DNA of 64,000 nucleotides from an uncultured Candidatus Saccharibacteria bacterium (GCA_964360585.1 CAYHXC010000007.1:3867-67866), one strand, 5' to 3'; shown: positions 29,527 through 39,493, counted from the stretch's first letter. The notes: a model not told the origin generated them from the sequence alone. Program-made: numbers and translations.

Positions 29527-30069
29527 CTAACGATCTTTCTTTATTTTCGAAGCGTGTTTCTTCAGGCGATCTCCCACCGGCACTTCGTGCAGATTCCGCC
29601 CTTTATCAATAAAGAGCTTGCCATCGAGATGATCTACTTCATGCTGAAAGACATGCGCCAAAAGTCCCCAGGCTTTTATCTTTACAGCTTTTCCATTCTT
29701 ATCTATGCCTTTCAAGGTTACTTCCAAAGAACGTTTTACTTCGCCATAAGTTCCTGGAACACTTAAGCAGCCTTCTTCTAAAAAATCCTGTTCTTTAGAC
29801 AGTTTTTCAATTTGCGGATTAAAAATTGCATAAAATTTTAAAGTCCCATCGTCTCGCGGTACTTCAGCCACAAAGAGGCGATAGGGGAGGCCGATCTGAT
29901 TGGCGCTCAAACCAACGCCATGGGCCCGGCGCATAGTTTTTTTCATTGTCTCCAACAGTTCTTTTTTTTCACCCGCCGAAAAAGAAGAGGGGTGTGCCTC
30001 TTTTGTTTTGTGGCGAAGGATTCGTTCGTCTTTAGTGTCTTTGTTTGTGAGAATTCGATCGGGGATCAT
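29527..30069 (-). CDS. def: peptide deformylase
   Basis: GVGLSANQ, EGCLS, QHEVDHL. Confidence 0.97.
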   Translation of the reverse strand: MIPDRILTNKDTKDERILRHKTKEAHPSSFSAGEKKELLETMKKTMRRAHGVGLSANQIGLPYRLFVAEVPRDDGTLKFYAIFNPQIEKLSKEQDFLEEGCLSVPGTYGEVKRSLEVTLKGIDKNGKAVKIKAWGLLAHVFQHEVDHLDGKLFIDKGRNLHEVPVGDRLKKHASKIKKDR

Positions 30070-30319
30070 GCGATTTTTTTTCAGAAAGGAGTTTCATAAA
30101 ATACGCCCCTTTATTTTTGACATTTCTTCTCTCGCGGACATCTTTGGCGAGCGTAAGAAGATCGCTCGCGTGCCGTTCTTTTGCGAGCTTGATATAAAGA
30201 GACTTGTGGCGATCGTCATCGAGAATTTCCGCAATTTCAAGGCCGATTAATTGGTAGGCTCGATACACTTTTGATTTTTTACCACGCTCCCGAAGCGTTT
30301 CTAAAAAATCTTTGTCCAT
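30032..30319 (-). CDS. small basic hypothetical protein
   Basis: 95-aa ORF overlapping def start, co-oriented. Confidence 0.6.
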   Translation of the reverse strand: MDKDFLETLRERGKKSKVYRAYQLIGLEIAEILDDDRHKSLYIKLAKERHASDLLTLAKDVRERRNVKNKGAYFMKLLSEKKSHDPRSNSHKQRH

Positions 30320-30392
30320 CTCGGCTTCAGTGTACCCGAAATGGGCGGGTTAGTAAAATTTGTGAGGATGGCCAATTTCGAGTAGAATAACC

Positions 30393-30667
30393 AGAACCCA
30401 TCTCAAAAGTGCCACGGCGACGCGTTTCCAGATGTTTTTCCATTCCGCTAGGCACGGACTCCGAAGATGTACCCATAGGTACTTCAAGGAGGTCGGAACA
30501 ACGCGGAATGGAAAAACAGCGGAAACCCGAAGGGATATGAGCCAATTTTCACAATCTTATTTGTCGCTGCGGACTCGACGTACCAAAGGGTACGCCTTCG
30601 TCCTTACTCCTTAATCTTGTGAAAGTTGGCTCATATCGCGGCTCGCGGCACTTTTGAGATGGGTTCT
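30393..30667. mobile_element. 275-bp two-armed MITE-like element with the same TIR core
   Basis: 21-bp TIR AGAACCCATCTCAAAAGTGCC / GGCACTTTTGAGATGGGTTCT enclosing two long hairpins. Confidence 0.75.
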
Positions 30668-30673
30668 ACTGTC

Positions 30674-31921
30674 ATGCAACGGAAACTCGTCAAATTTTTG
30701 GTTCTCACTTTGATTGTGGTGGGTATCGGCGGCACGGGCTATCTTTTTGGGCTTACAGTTGGCCAGGAGACACCGAAAACCGTTCTCGTTCAAGGCGTGA
30801 CTGGTCTCGAAGCTGGCAAGACTACTGCTCAAGTTGATTTCGGGGTCTTTTGGCAGGCCTGGGATGTCATTAATCGCGAGTACCTGAAGCACGACACCAT
30901 TAACAACCAAACTAAGGTCTATGGCGCAGTTCGCGGCCTGGTTCAGTCCTTGGGCGATCCCTATACGCAGTACTTTAATCCGGTCGACAATAATCGATTT
31001 CAGCAGGATGTCTCGGGAAGTTTCGGTGGTATTGGCGCCGAGCTCGGCCTTCGCGAGGATCGCTTAGTGGTTATAACTCCGCTTAAGGGTTCGCCGGCAA
31101 GCAAAGTAGGGCTCGAAGCGGGCGATTTTATCGTTAGTATCAATAGTACTTCAACCGAGAATCTTCAGGTTGATGAGGCTGTGAATTTAATTCGCGGTCC
31201 GGAAAATACAACCGTGACGCTCTCCATCTATCGTGAGAGTTGGGGGAAGATTCGAGAGATTTCGATTAAGCGAGAAAAAATCAGCGTGCCAACGCTTGAT
31301 TCGGAAATACTGTCTGACCATATCCTCTATATCCAACTCTATAGTTTTAACGCCCAGGCCAGCCAGCTTATGGCTAAGGCACTTCAGGATTCGTTCAGTA
31401 AGGAGCCGATTGGCGGCATTATTCTTGACCTTCGCAATAATCCGGGCGGATATCTTGAAGTCGCGGTTGATATGGCCGGCTGGTTCTTGCCCAAAGGCAC
31501 GCTCGTTGTTACCGAGCAAGGGATCACGGAAAAGGAAGAGTTTCTGGCCCGCGGCAATGGCAGTCTCCTCAAGGTACCGCTCGTCGTCATTGTAAATCAG
31601 GGATCGGCTTCGGCGGCGGAAATCTTGGCTGGCGCTTTGCGCGATCATAAGCGAGCTGAGCTGGTGGGAGAACAGAGTTTTGGCAAAGGAACTATTCAGG
31701 AGCTCAAATCTCTGAAGGACGGCTCGGCAATTAAGATGACGATTGCCCACTGGGTTTTGCCAAAGGGTCAGATTCTCGAAGGAAACGGTCTCGTGCCCGA
31801 CTATGTGGTCAAAATGCCGACCAGTACGACCGCGACTGCTTCGAGTACGAAGGCCGATCCGCAACTCCTCAAGGCCAGAGAGATTTTAAAAGCAAAGATT
31901 ACGACACTCTTTAAGGCGTAG
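30674..31921 (+). CDS. ctpA: carboxy-terminal processing protease (S41, PDZ)
   Basis: FGGIG, DLRNNPGG, SASAAEI, FGKG; start moved to ATG 30674, outside the MITE. Confidence 0.92.
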   Translation: MQRKLVKFLVLTLIVVGIGGTGYLFGLTVGQETPKTVLVQGVTGLEAGKTTAQVDFGVFWQAWDVINREYLKHDTINNQTKVYGAVRGLVQSLGDPYTQYFNPVDNNRFQQDVSGSFGGIGAELGLREDRLVVITPLKGSPASKVGLEAGDFIVSINSTSTENLQVDEAVNLIRGPENTTVTLSIYRESWGKIREISIKREKISVPTLDSEILSDHILYIQLYSFNAQASQLMAKALQDSFSKEPIGGIILDLRNNPGGYLEVAVDMAGWFLPKGTLVVTEQGITEKEEFLARGNGSLLKVPLVVIVNQGSASAAEILAGALRDHKRAELVGEQSFGKGTIQELKSLKDGSAIKMTIAHWVLPKGQILEGNGLVPDYVVKMPTSTTATASSTKADPQLLKAREILKAKITTLFKA

Positions 31922-31951
31922 TCGTTTCGGTCATCATCGTATTTACTTCAC

Positions 31952-32401
31952 ATGAAAGTTATTTTTTTAAAGAATGTCCGCGGCGTGGGGCATCGATCGG
32001 AGATGAAAGAAGTTTCTCCGGGATATGCCCGCAACTTTCTCTTTCCCAATAAACTGGCGCTCGAAGCGACGCCGGAAAATATAAAAAAACGGGAGCAGGA
32101 GTTGAAATCAACGGAAGCGGGCGAAAAAGAGCTTCTTCTCCGTCTAGATAAGATTGCCCAGATGGTGAAGGACAACCACGTTGTGATTCCGGTTAAAGCG
32201 GATGCGAAAGGGCGTATTTTTGGCTCAGTCTCAAAAGAAACTATTCTTTCAGCGCTTCGAGACGCCAAAATAGTGACCGACGAACGGGTTCACGTGCAAC
32301 TGTCTCACCCTCTAAAAGAAGTAGGGGAGTATGTGATCGATCTTGATCTTAAAAAAGGAGTGACCGCCAAGCTCCGCGTTATACTACAGAGACAACCTTA
32401 A
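31952..32401 (+). CDS. rplI: 50S ribosomal protein L9
   Basis: MKVIFL..V.GVG...[11 protein letters not shown]; IFGSV. Confidence 0.95.
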   Translation: MKVIFLKNVRGVGHRSEMKEVSPGYARNFLFPNKLALEATPENIKKREQELKSTEAGEKELLLRLDKIAQMVKDNHVVIPVKADAKGRIFGSVSKETILSALRDAKIVTDERVHVQLSHPLKEVGEYVIDLDLKKGVTAKLRVILQRQP

Positions 32402-32651
32402 CCTGCCGCTTTGTGCCGTCGAAGTTTATTTTGTGTTTTGTTGAGAATGCCACCTTACCGGTTTTCATGGCATAGAGGGTATCGTCACCGCCCCGTTTTA
32501 CATTTGTACCTTCGGCGTACTTTGAACCGCGCTGACGGATGATAATCTCGCCAACTTTAATAACTTGACCGTCTTGAATTTTGACGCCTAAGCGCTTTGA
32601 CTCTGAATCTCGTCCTAATTTGGTTGACCCGAGGGCCTTGGTATGTGCCAT
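32379..32651 (-). CDS. rpmA: 50S ribosomal protein L27
   Basis: [31 protein letters not shown]. Confidence 0.97.
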   Translation of the reverse strand: MAHTKALGSTKLGRDSESKRLGVKIQDGQVIKVGEIIIRQRGSKYAEGTNVKRGGDDTLYAMKTGKVAFSTKHKINFDGTKRQVKVVSVV

Positions 32652-32747
32652 CCCCCCACCTTAAATTATGTCTAATCGACTATTTGATTTAATAAGATTT
32701 TGCATATTTCTAGTCTGGATTTACTGTGCGATTAAGGTGGGGGGATG
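32649..32747. repeat. 99-bp element with perfect 16-bp inverted repeats overlapping the rpmA start codon
   Basis: CATCCCCCCACCTTAA (32649-32664) / TTAAGGTGGGGGGATG (32732-32747). Confidence 0.8.
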
Positions 32748-32831
32748 AGCATGCCGCTTGCGCTTTAACGCCTAGCGACGACCCACCTTTCACCGCTTTT
32801 GTAGAAACTATTCTATGCTATAATCGCCCTT

Positions 32832-32993
32832 ATGTCAAAGATGGAAACCTGGTTCGGCGAACATAAAAGAGAGCTCATTTTAGGCCTTATTATCTTCCTC
32901 GTAGCTACCACGAGCTTTGCCTTCGGCTACCTTTTAGCCAAGCGCGACGGACGTGCCCCAATTGTTGTCGAGCAGAAGATGGTGGGTCCTTAG
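32832..32993 (+). CDS. 53-aa single-TM protein (not in ORF track)
   Basis: MSKMETWFGEHKRELILGLIIFLVATTSFAFGYLLAKRDGRAPIVVEQKMVGP; TGCTATAAT ends 7 nt upstream. Confidence 0.65.
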   Translation: MSKMETWFGEHKRELILGLIIFLVATTSFAFGYLLAKRDGRAPIVVEQKMVGP

Positions 32994-33528
32994 GGGCTTT
33001 CAGCATATTCTGATGCCACGCGGCAACGCTGATAGCCAAAGCCATGCCACTTTGCCACAAAACATACAGGTATAGCAATTGTTCGTCGCTGGTAGTTCCA
33101 AAATGAAAGGTGAATCCAAGTCCTCCTCCAATAACTACGAGGGGGATGAGATAACGAAGAGATAAGCGGAAAAGACTAATTTTAAGTCCGATAAAGACTA
33201 TCGCGGCACCCACCATTCCGGCCAGAAAAAATACAATATTTGCGGAAAGAGTATTGTCAATTTCGGAAGACATGATGACTGTTTCTACTACCGCGTAGTA
33301 GGCGAATGTAGAGAGTGCGACCCATACAAAAGATTTCAGTATCGGATATCGTTCATTATCAACCATTCTATTTGCGAGAAAGGAAACTAAGATCAGTATG
33401 CCAAATATGAGTCCTGGAAGAAAAAAAATACTATCCTTGGCAAGTGGAATAGATTTAATCCCTCCGAAATATTTTGTTAGGAAAAAGGACAAAAAGCCGG
33501 AAAGAATACCCGTGCAGAGAGCTGACAA
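32905..33528 (-). CDS. multi-pass membrane hypothetical protein
   Basis: about 6 TM segments; in-frame TTG at 33528 used as start; start uncertain. Confidence 0.55.
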   Translation of the reverse strand: MSALCTGILSGFLSFFLTKYFGGIKSIPLAKDSIFFLPGLIFGILILVSFLANRMVDNERYPILKSFVWVALSTFAYYAVVETVIMSSEIDNTLSANIVFFLAGMVGAAIVFIGLKISLFRLSLRYLIPLVVIGGGLGFTFHFGTTSDEQLLYLYVLWQSGMALAISVAAWHQNMLKAPKDPPSSARQQLGHVRRAWLKGSRRQSSW

Positions 33529-33557
33529 TAAAGGACATGATTTAAGTATACCAAATC

Positions 33558-34316
33558 TCAATAGCCGACGCGTTTCAGCCAGTAGTCGTTTTCCCACTCC
33601 CAGAGGCGTTTGGCGCCGAGGAACGCTTGAAAATCGTCTTCCCACAACGGAAACTCCTTGAGTTCAATCTGGCCGCGAACTTCGCTCCAATCATGCTCTC
33701 CCGACGGACAAGCCTTGGAGCCATTATTTTTGACCTTTTCCCGGCCGCCCTTGGTTCGTCGCGTGGCGCGGCAACGATTGCAGAACTGGATCTGGTCAAT
33801 GCGCAAGATCCACCGATTCTGGAGATTAAACTCGTGCTTTAAGGCGTCCATGTAAGCCGCCGTCTGGAGATTATAGTCACGATAGATGCCTTGCGACGTT
33901 TTTATATCCATCACGCCAAACTGGCCATCAATCAACGCCATGGCGTCAATTGTACCAGCGTAGCGGTGGTCATAGTGCACAATGCGTCGTTCGATATACT
34001 CCGGCGAGGTTTGGATATTTTTCTCAACCAGGAATGCTTTAAAGGCGTCGATCGATGGTTTAATCGAGACCGGCACTTCTGGATTTTGACCGAGCAAGAT
34101 GGCTTGAGAAACTTCGTGGACAAGCGTGCCTTCTTCCGCCGATTTTTCCGTCACATCCTGGGCGGCTTTGTAACTGGCGGCTTCGCCATAGTAGCGATAG
34201 AGCGCCGGTTTGGCTTTAATCGAAAGAATTTTGGTAACCCGCGGATACCAGGCGCCGTCGATGGTGTAGCCGCAGACTTCTTTGAAGTTCTCGATATTGT
34301 TGTACGTATCGAACAT
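33558..34316 (-). CDS. PD-(D/E)XK exonuclease-like protein
   Basis: YPRVTKIL, GT.VH, YAGTIDA, MDIKTS, LQTAAY; CxxC insert. Confidence 0.85.
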   Translation of the reverse strand: MFDTYNNIENFKEVCGYTIDGAWYPRVTKILSIKAKPALYRYYGEAASYKAAQDVTEKSAEEGTLVHEVSQAILLGQNPEVPVSIKPSIDAFKAFLVEKNIQTSPEYIERRIVHYDHRYAGTIDAMALIDGQFGVMDIKTSQGIYRDYNLQTAAYMDALKHEFNLQNRWILRIDQIQFCNRCRATRRTKGGREKVKNNGSKACPSGEHDWSEVRGQIELKEFPLWEDDFQAFLGAKRLWEWENDYWLKRVGY

Positions 34317-34317
34317 A

Positions 34318-35790
34318 TTATTTGAAGAGGAGGGGAGTAAGATTGGCAACTGATCCGGCACCCATCATGATTATTACTGGGTTTGGGGGGTAGCCCCGAC
34401 GCAGAGGTCGGGGTCCCGACTTCCTTGAGTATTTTTTTGATCTAACGTCGGGAGGTCTAGGGGGTAAGGTTTGAGCGATCAACTCTTTCAGTTTTTTAGG
34501 GTTTGCAAGATACAAAACAGTTTTTTTAGGATATTTTTTCTTGATATCGCGAGCTAGTTTTTCTGAGGTAAATACTGCTTCTTTATTATCACGACCGGCT
34601 ACTTCGTAGACGGGGAGAAGAATTAGCTGATCGGTATCATGGAAAGCCGTCGTGAACTCTTTGTAGAGGGCCTTAAGGCGTTTTGCCTGGTGGGGTTCGA
34701 AAACGGTAACTAACTCCGCTCCCGGGAATTTCTCTCGGAATGCCTGAAGTGTTGCTTGAATTTCTGTCGGGTGATGGGCATAGTCGTCATATACCTCTAT
34801 CCTCGTTTTTAGTCTTCGGTTTTTAGTTTTTAGTTCCCCTTTAAACTCCATCCGCCGCCAGGCTCCGCTATAACTCCCCAGTTTTGCGAGGACGTTTTTT
34901 TCTGGAATATGGAGAATGTCGCGGGTTACCGTGAGCGCGGCCAAGGCGTTCGAGAGATTGTGTTTTCCGGGAAGTTTAAGATGTTTTTTTACTCTAGACG
35001 CATCCTTTGTACTTCGAACGCTGTACCAGTACATTTTGAGCGAACTTTTTTTCGCGATTTTTGAAATAAGAGGGGAGAGTGAAAAAAGATTTTTATCGTC
35101 GCGATTAAGGACTAAGGAACCGCCTGGCTTCACGCGAGTCATGAACTTGAGGAAGGTACGTTTCAAGTCGTTTAGGTCCTTATAAAAGTCCAAGTGCTCT
35201 CGATCGATATTCGTAATCACCGCGATGTCCGGATGATAATGAAGAAAGGCACCGCGCCACTCATCCGCTTCTAAGACGAGCCAGCCAAAGGTGTGGCTGT
35301 TCTGATTTTCACCGAGCCAAAAATTTTTCCCGTGTAACTCCTTGAGTTTTGTGCCGACAATAATAGTTGGTTGGATAGGCGAGTCTTTCAAAATCAGTCC
35401 GATCATGGCCGTGGTCGTACTTTTCCCATGACTGCCCGAAACACTCACAGTTTTGTACACCTCGGTCAAACAACCGACGGTTTGCGGATAGGACATCGGT
35501 CGTATCTGCATTTTCCGAACCTCTTCGAGCTCAAGGTACCCCGACGATCCTGGAGTAATCGCGTTCGAGTAGATGGCCATGCTTAGTCCTTTCGGCACAT
35601 TCGTTTTGCGGTGGCCAACTTTTATCGAAGCGCCTTCGTGGACTAATTCCTCGGTCAGATCGCTTTTTTGGAGATCCGAACCGCTTACAGCCCATCCTTG
35701 AGCCAAAAACCAGCGGGCGAGAGCGCTGATCCCAATACCGCCAATACCAATGAAATGAATCTTATCCGGTGCGCTTTTTTGTGACGGCAT
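34318..35790 (-). CDS. murC: UDP-N-acetylmuramate--L-alanine ligase
   Basis: IHFIGIGGIGISALA, GSHGKSTTT, EADE, DDYAHHPTEI. Confidence 0.97.
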   Translation of the reverse strand: MPSQKSAPDKIHFIGIGGIGISALARWFLAQGWAVSGSDLQKSDLTEELVHEGASIKVGHRKTNVPKGLSMAIYSNAITPGSSGYLELEEVRKMQIRPMSYPQTVGCLTEVYKTVSVSGSHGKSTTTAMIGLILKDSPIQPTIIVGTKLKELHGKNFWLGENQNSHTFGWLVLEADEWRGAFLHYHPDIAVITNIDREHLDFYKDLNDLKRTFLKFMTRVKPGGSLVLNRDDKNLFSLSPLISKIAKKSSLKMYWYSVRSTKDASRVKKHLKLPGKHNLSNALAALTVTRDILHIPEKNVLAKLGSYSGAWRRMEFKGELKTKNRRLKTRIEVYDDYAHHPTEIQATLQAFREKFPGAELVTVFEPHQAKRLKALYKEFTTAFHDTDQLILLPVYEVAGRDNKEAVFTSEKLARDIKKKYPKKTVLYLANPKKLKELIAQTLPPRPPDVRSKKYSRKSGPRPLRRGYPPNPVIIMMGAGSVANLTPLLFK

Positions 35791-36135
35791 CGTTCAATTA
35801 TACGGCATCTCTTTTCTTCTTACGAATGAAATTTTAATGCACGCTGACGACGACCCCAAAACCTCTTTTTACCCGCAGGGGAGTGGGGTTTTAAGGGTTT
35901 TCACTCGATAGACTAATGTCGCACAATATACCTTTTACGACATGTAGATAGTTTAAGCCGGGACCTTCATTTGAATCTTTCGAACCGATTATAATGGGCT
36001 TAAAGAGTATAGGGTAGTCGCTCCTCGAAAGATTTCGAGTCGACATTAATTCTGTGTGCCGTATATTAAAATTCTTCCAATAAAAAATCCACACAGTATT
36101 GAGGGCAGACATAAGTACTACCACTCCCCTCCTCG

Positions 36136-36540
36136 TCATGAAGATGAAGAAGGGATAAAACTGATCAGCCACTTCAAGGCGTCAATCATGCCGGTTAAAA
36201 CATTTACGGCAATATTCATTACAAAAATTAAAATATTTCCAACGACTTTCAAGCAACCCCAGATGTCGAGACCGGTTTTTTCTTTAATCCAGTCGTTAGC
36301 CTTACTCCATGAGGCTTTGGCTTCCTCAACTTTTGTCGAAAGAACTGTTTCTGTGGACGAGCCTTTTTCCACGTCTATCTTCGTCGCTTTATCTAAAAAC
36401 TCCGAAAACGGCTCCTGAAGAATATCAAAACCAGTCTTGGGATCAACGGTAATATCACTAATTTCCGTTGCCTCGGTTTTTTGAAAAAAACCGAGTACAA
36501 GAACAATCGCGAGAAATAAGATCAGCCGGTCTTTTCGCAT
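36136..36540 (-). CDS. secreted/membrane hypothetical protein
   Basis: signal peptide, amphipathic C-terminus; TATAAT upstream. Confidence 0.65.
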   Translation of the reverse strand: MRKDRLILFLAIVLVLGFFQKTEATEISDITVDPKTGFDILQEPFSEFLDKATKIDVEKGSSTETVLSTKVEEAKASWSKANDWIKEKTGLDIWGCLKVVGNILIFVMNIAVNVLTGMIDALKWLISFIPSSSS

Positions 36541-36599
36541 AGTATTTTAATTATAACACAAATTGCGGTTACGAGTTTTTAGTTATCAGTTGTTAGTCT

Positions 36600-37925
36600 T
36601 CAGAGATACTTCGAAGGATTCAGATCACCGCCTTGGGGCATGGGGCCGCAGGAACGGCTGCCGGCAATCTTGAATGTCGCTTGGGCAAAGACCGTAAAGT
36701 GAAGGTGCGGTCCGGTGGCGTAGCCGGTTGAGCCGGAGTAACCAATCACCTGACCCTGTTTCACGGTATCGCCTACTGCAACCACCATGCGCGATAAGTG
36801 ACCATAGAGTGTCGTTAGATTGTCACCGTGATTAATGACGATTACTTTTCCGTAAGCGCCCCGAGGACAGTAGCGATCCTGATCTGTAGCCATTGCAATC
36901 CTTCCTGACGCGGCGGCCAAAACAGGCGTTCCCAGCGAGGCACGGAAGTCTAGGCCGTTATGCCATTTCCCGCGGTAGCCAGATTTAGCGAAGGTGGTGG
37001 CACCGTATCCTTGGGTCGTGGCCGCGTTCGCGATCGGCAAAATCAAAAGTTCGCCGACAGGAAGCGCATTATAGTCGATTTCACCACGCAGTTTCGCGTC
37101 CAGGGCTTCAATTTCCGCGGCGATTGCTTCTTGTTGCACATATACCGCTCGCAAATGTTCTTGGTAGACTGCTTCTTGGCTGTTAGTTTCTTTAAGAAGT
37201 TGCTGCCGCTGTGTTTCCTGGTTTGCGAGAACAACTTTTCGATTCTTCAAATTAAAAGCTTGTAACTCGACTGCGTTCTGCTTCTCGTTCAGGTTTTTAA
37301 GTTTTCCAGTGTATTCGTTGGTTAGGTTTTTGAGGCTCAGGATATCGGTCGTGAGACGCGCGTTCAGATCGTCGAGGTTTTTTATCTCCAGAACACTGTC
37401 AGCGAGCGACTGATTCTTAAGAAGAATAGTCAAAATATTCGTATTATCAGATCGCTGAATCATACGGAGGAGTTCCTGCATAGCCTGGCGTTTATCAACA
37501 ACACCGGCTTGAATATCCTGGAGATCATACGTTATCGATTTAATCTCAAGATTAAGCCGTTCGAGACTTATCTGGTCTTGCTGGATTTGTTTTGTCAGCA
37601 CCGACTGTTGGCCACGCAACACACCTAACTCCTTTTGTAAGGAAGTTTTTTGGCCCTGGGTTTTTGATAATGCTTCTTCGTTTTTCTGAATTGCGGCTTT
37701 AATGCCTTCCAGTTCAAAGTTTTTCTTTCGAATTTCAAACTCCAACTGTTGCTTAGCCAGTTCTTCAACGCTTAACTCCGGCGTGCTCGAGGCAACATCC
37801 TCTGTCAAAGTGCTTGTGCTTTGCACCGAAGAAGAGCTGGTGGCGCTCCAGGTGAAAAGAGGCAAGGCGACGAGTATAAGGAACGCGAAAGCCAGGATCG
37901 CTTTAAAGGAGTTAGTTCGGTTCAT
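36600..37925 (-). CDS. coiled-coil M23 peptidase (EnvC/MepM-like)
   Basis: long coiled coil, HNGLD, YGHL, TGPHLHF. Confidence 0.92.
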   Translation of the reverse strand: MNRTNSFKAILAFAFLILVALPLFTWSATSSSSVQSTSTLTEDVASSTPELSVEELAKQQLEFEIRKKNFELEGIKAAIQKNEEALSKTQGQKTSLQKELGVLRGQQSVLTKQIQQDQISLERLNLEIKSITYDLQDIQAGVVDKRQAMQELLRMIQRSDNTNILTILLKNQSLADSVLEIKNLDDLNARLTTDILSLKNLTNEYTGKLKNLNEKQNAVELQAFNLKNRKVVLANQETQRQQLLKETNSQEAVYQEHLRAVYVQQEAIAAEIEALDAKLRGEIDYNALPVGELLILPIANAATTQGYGATTFAKSGYRGKWHNGLDFRASLGTPVLAAASGRIAMATDQDRYCPRGAYGKVIVINHGDNLTTLYGHLSRMVVAVGDTVKQGQVIGYSGSTGYATGPHLHFTVFAQATFKIAGSRSCGPMPQGGDLNPSKYL

Positions 37926-39390
37926 TGAGTTTGTTTATAGCGATCGTGAGGCGTTTTTCCGTCGCGTCTTTTCCTAAAACCTCAAGAATATCCAAGGGAT
38001 CCGGCGAAGCGGCTTTGCCGGACAAGGCCACTCGAAATGGCCAGAGCACACCTCCCCTCCCCCACTGATCGATAAGCGGCGCAATTTTTGAGGCGATGAC
38101 CGTACGATCGAGCGACTCCGGCAGTTCACTCATAACGGTTTTCAACTCGCGAAGAATAGTGAGCGTATCGTCTTTGTTTTGATCTTTCGGAATAAGGAGT
38201 GCGCCTGCGTAGTTCTCGGGTTTGAAAAAAAATTCGGTTGATTCAAAAAAATCGTGAAGTGTTTTCATGCGGGGTTGTTCAAGAAGCACGAGCTGGCTGA
38301 ATGTTTCATCGGGAATATGGAGAAGACCGCCGCGGTGCTCGGCTAGATATATACGAAGACGCCGTTCCAAATCCTCGGGCGTGAGGCGACGAATGTGCTG
38401 GGTGTTGAGCCACAGTAGTTTTTCTTCGTTAAAAATCGCCCCGCCCTTTTGCACACGCTTCAGATCAAATCGTTCGATAATTTCCTGCGGTGTAAGAACT
38501 TCCGCGTCGTCCTTTGGATGCCAGCCAAGAAAAGCCACGAAGTTCACAAGAGCCTCGGGCAGATATCCCTTATCTCGATACTCAAGCAGAGACGAGGTCA
38601 GATATCTTTTAGAAAGTTTTTCGCGATTCTGACCCAGAACCAGTGGCACATGGGCGTAGAGTGGTTCGTCAAAACCAAGGGCTCGAAGAATGAGAATATG
38701 TTTTGGTGTGTTTGAGATGTGATCCTCGCCGCGAATGACATGTGTTATTTTCATAAGATGGTCGTCAACCACTACGGCAAAATGAAAAAGGACATCATTC
38801 GTATTCCTCGCAATAGGAAAATCGCCTAAGAGCGATGCGTCAAAGGAAATCGTACCGCGAATGATGTCTTTAAATTCAATAATGGCCTCTGGTGCTTTAA
38901 GACGGACAACCTGCGGCTCTCTGTCCTTCGGCGGATGTTCCAGATTGCGGCAGTGGCCGCTGTACTTCGGCACGGTGCCGCTCGCAATCATGCCTTCTCG
39001 TTCGGCGGCGAGTTCTTCTTTCGTACAGTAGCAGTAGTACACCTTCTTATCCTCAAGCAGTTTTTCCAGATATTCTTTATAGATTTCTGTGCGTTCACTC
39101 TGGCGATACGGCCCGTAGTTTCCAACCTCTTTATTCTCCAAAGTGTCCGGGCTAACCGGGCCCTCGTCCCAAAGCATACCCAGCCAGCGCAGGCCTTCAA
39201 ATATATCCTGCTCAAATTTTCTGTCAGATCGTTCTTTATCGGTATCCTCTATGCGGACCACAAAAATCCCGCCTTCGCCTCGGGCGAAAAGCCAGTTAAA
39301 AACAGCCGCTCGAGCTGTACCCCAGTGGAAAAAACCAGTAGGACTCGGCGCCATCCGCACACGGGGGGAGTTTGTATGTTTCTCACTCAC
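37912..39390 (-). CDS. gltX: glutamate--tRNA ligase
   Basis: RMAPSPTG..HWG, RIEDTD, THVIRGEDH, KLSKR. Confidence 0.97.
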   Translation of the reverse strand: MSEKHTNSPRVRMAPSPTGFFHWGTARAAVFNWLFARGEGGIFVVRIEDTDKERSDRKFEQDIFEGLRWLGMLWDEGPVSPDTLENKEVGNYGPYRQSERTEIYKEYLEKLLEDKKVYYCYCTKEELAAEREGMIASGTVPKYSGHCRNLEHPPKDREPQVVRLKAPEAIIEFKDIIRGTISFDASLLGDFPIARNTNDVLFHFAVVVDDHLMKITHVIRGEDHISNTPKHILILRALGFDEPLYAHVPLVLGQNREKLSKRYLTSSLLEYRDKGYLPEALVNFVAFLGWHPKDDAEVLTPQEIIERFDLKRVQKGGAIFNEEKLLWLNTQHIRRLTPEDLERRLRIYLAEHRGGLLHIPDETFSQLVLLEQPRMKTLHDFFESTEFFFKPENYAGALLIPKDQNKDDTLTILRELKTVMSELPESLDRTVIASKIAPLIDQWGRGGVLWPFRVALSGKAASPDPLDILEVLGKDATEKRLTIAINKLNEPN

Positions 39391-39438
39391 TCCCCTACTT
39401 TAGCATGAAAATAAGGCCTAAAAAAGGCATTCCGGCCC

Positions 39439-39493
39439 AGAACTCGTCTCGAAAATGTATCCTGTCGCGATAGCTATTTTTGAGATGAGTTCT
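39439..39493. repeat. 55-bp minimal, diverged member of the AGAACCCATCTC TIR family
   Basis: AGAACTCGTCTCGAAAA ... TTTTTGAGATGAGTTCT with one compensatory base change. Confidence 0.6.

Noticed and set aside
35877-36130. 10-bp inverted repeat (AGGGGAGTGG/CCACTCCCCT) around an AT-rich gap, and the 93-aa ORF there
   Set aside because: Single short repeat with no second copy or internal structure; the ORF lacks convincing features.
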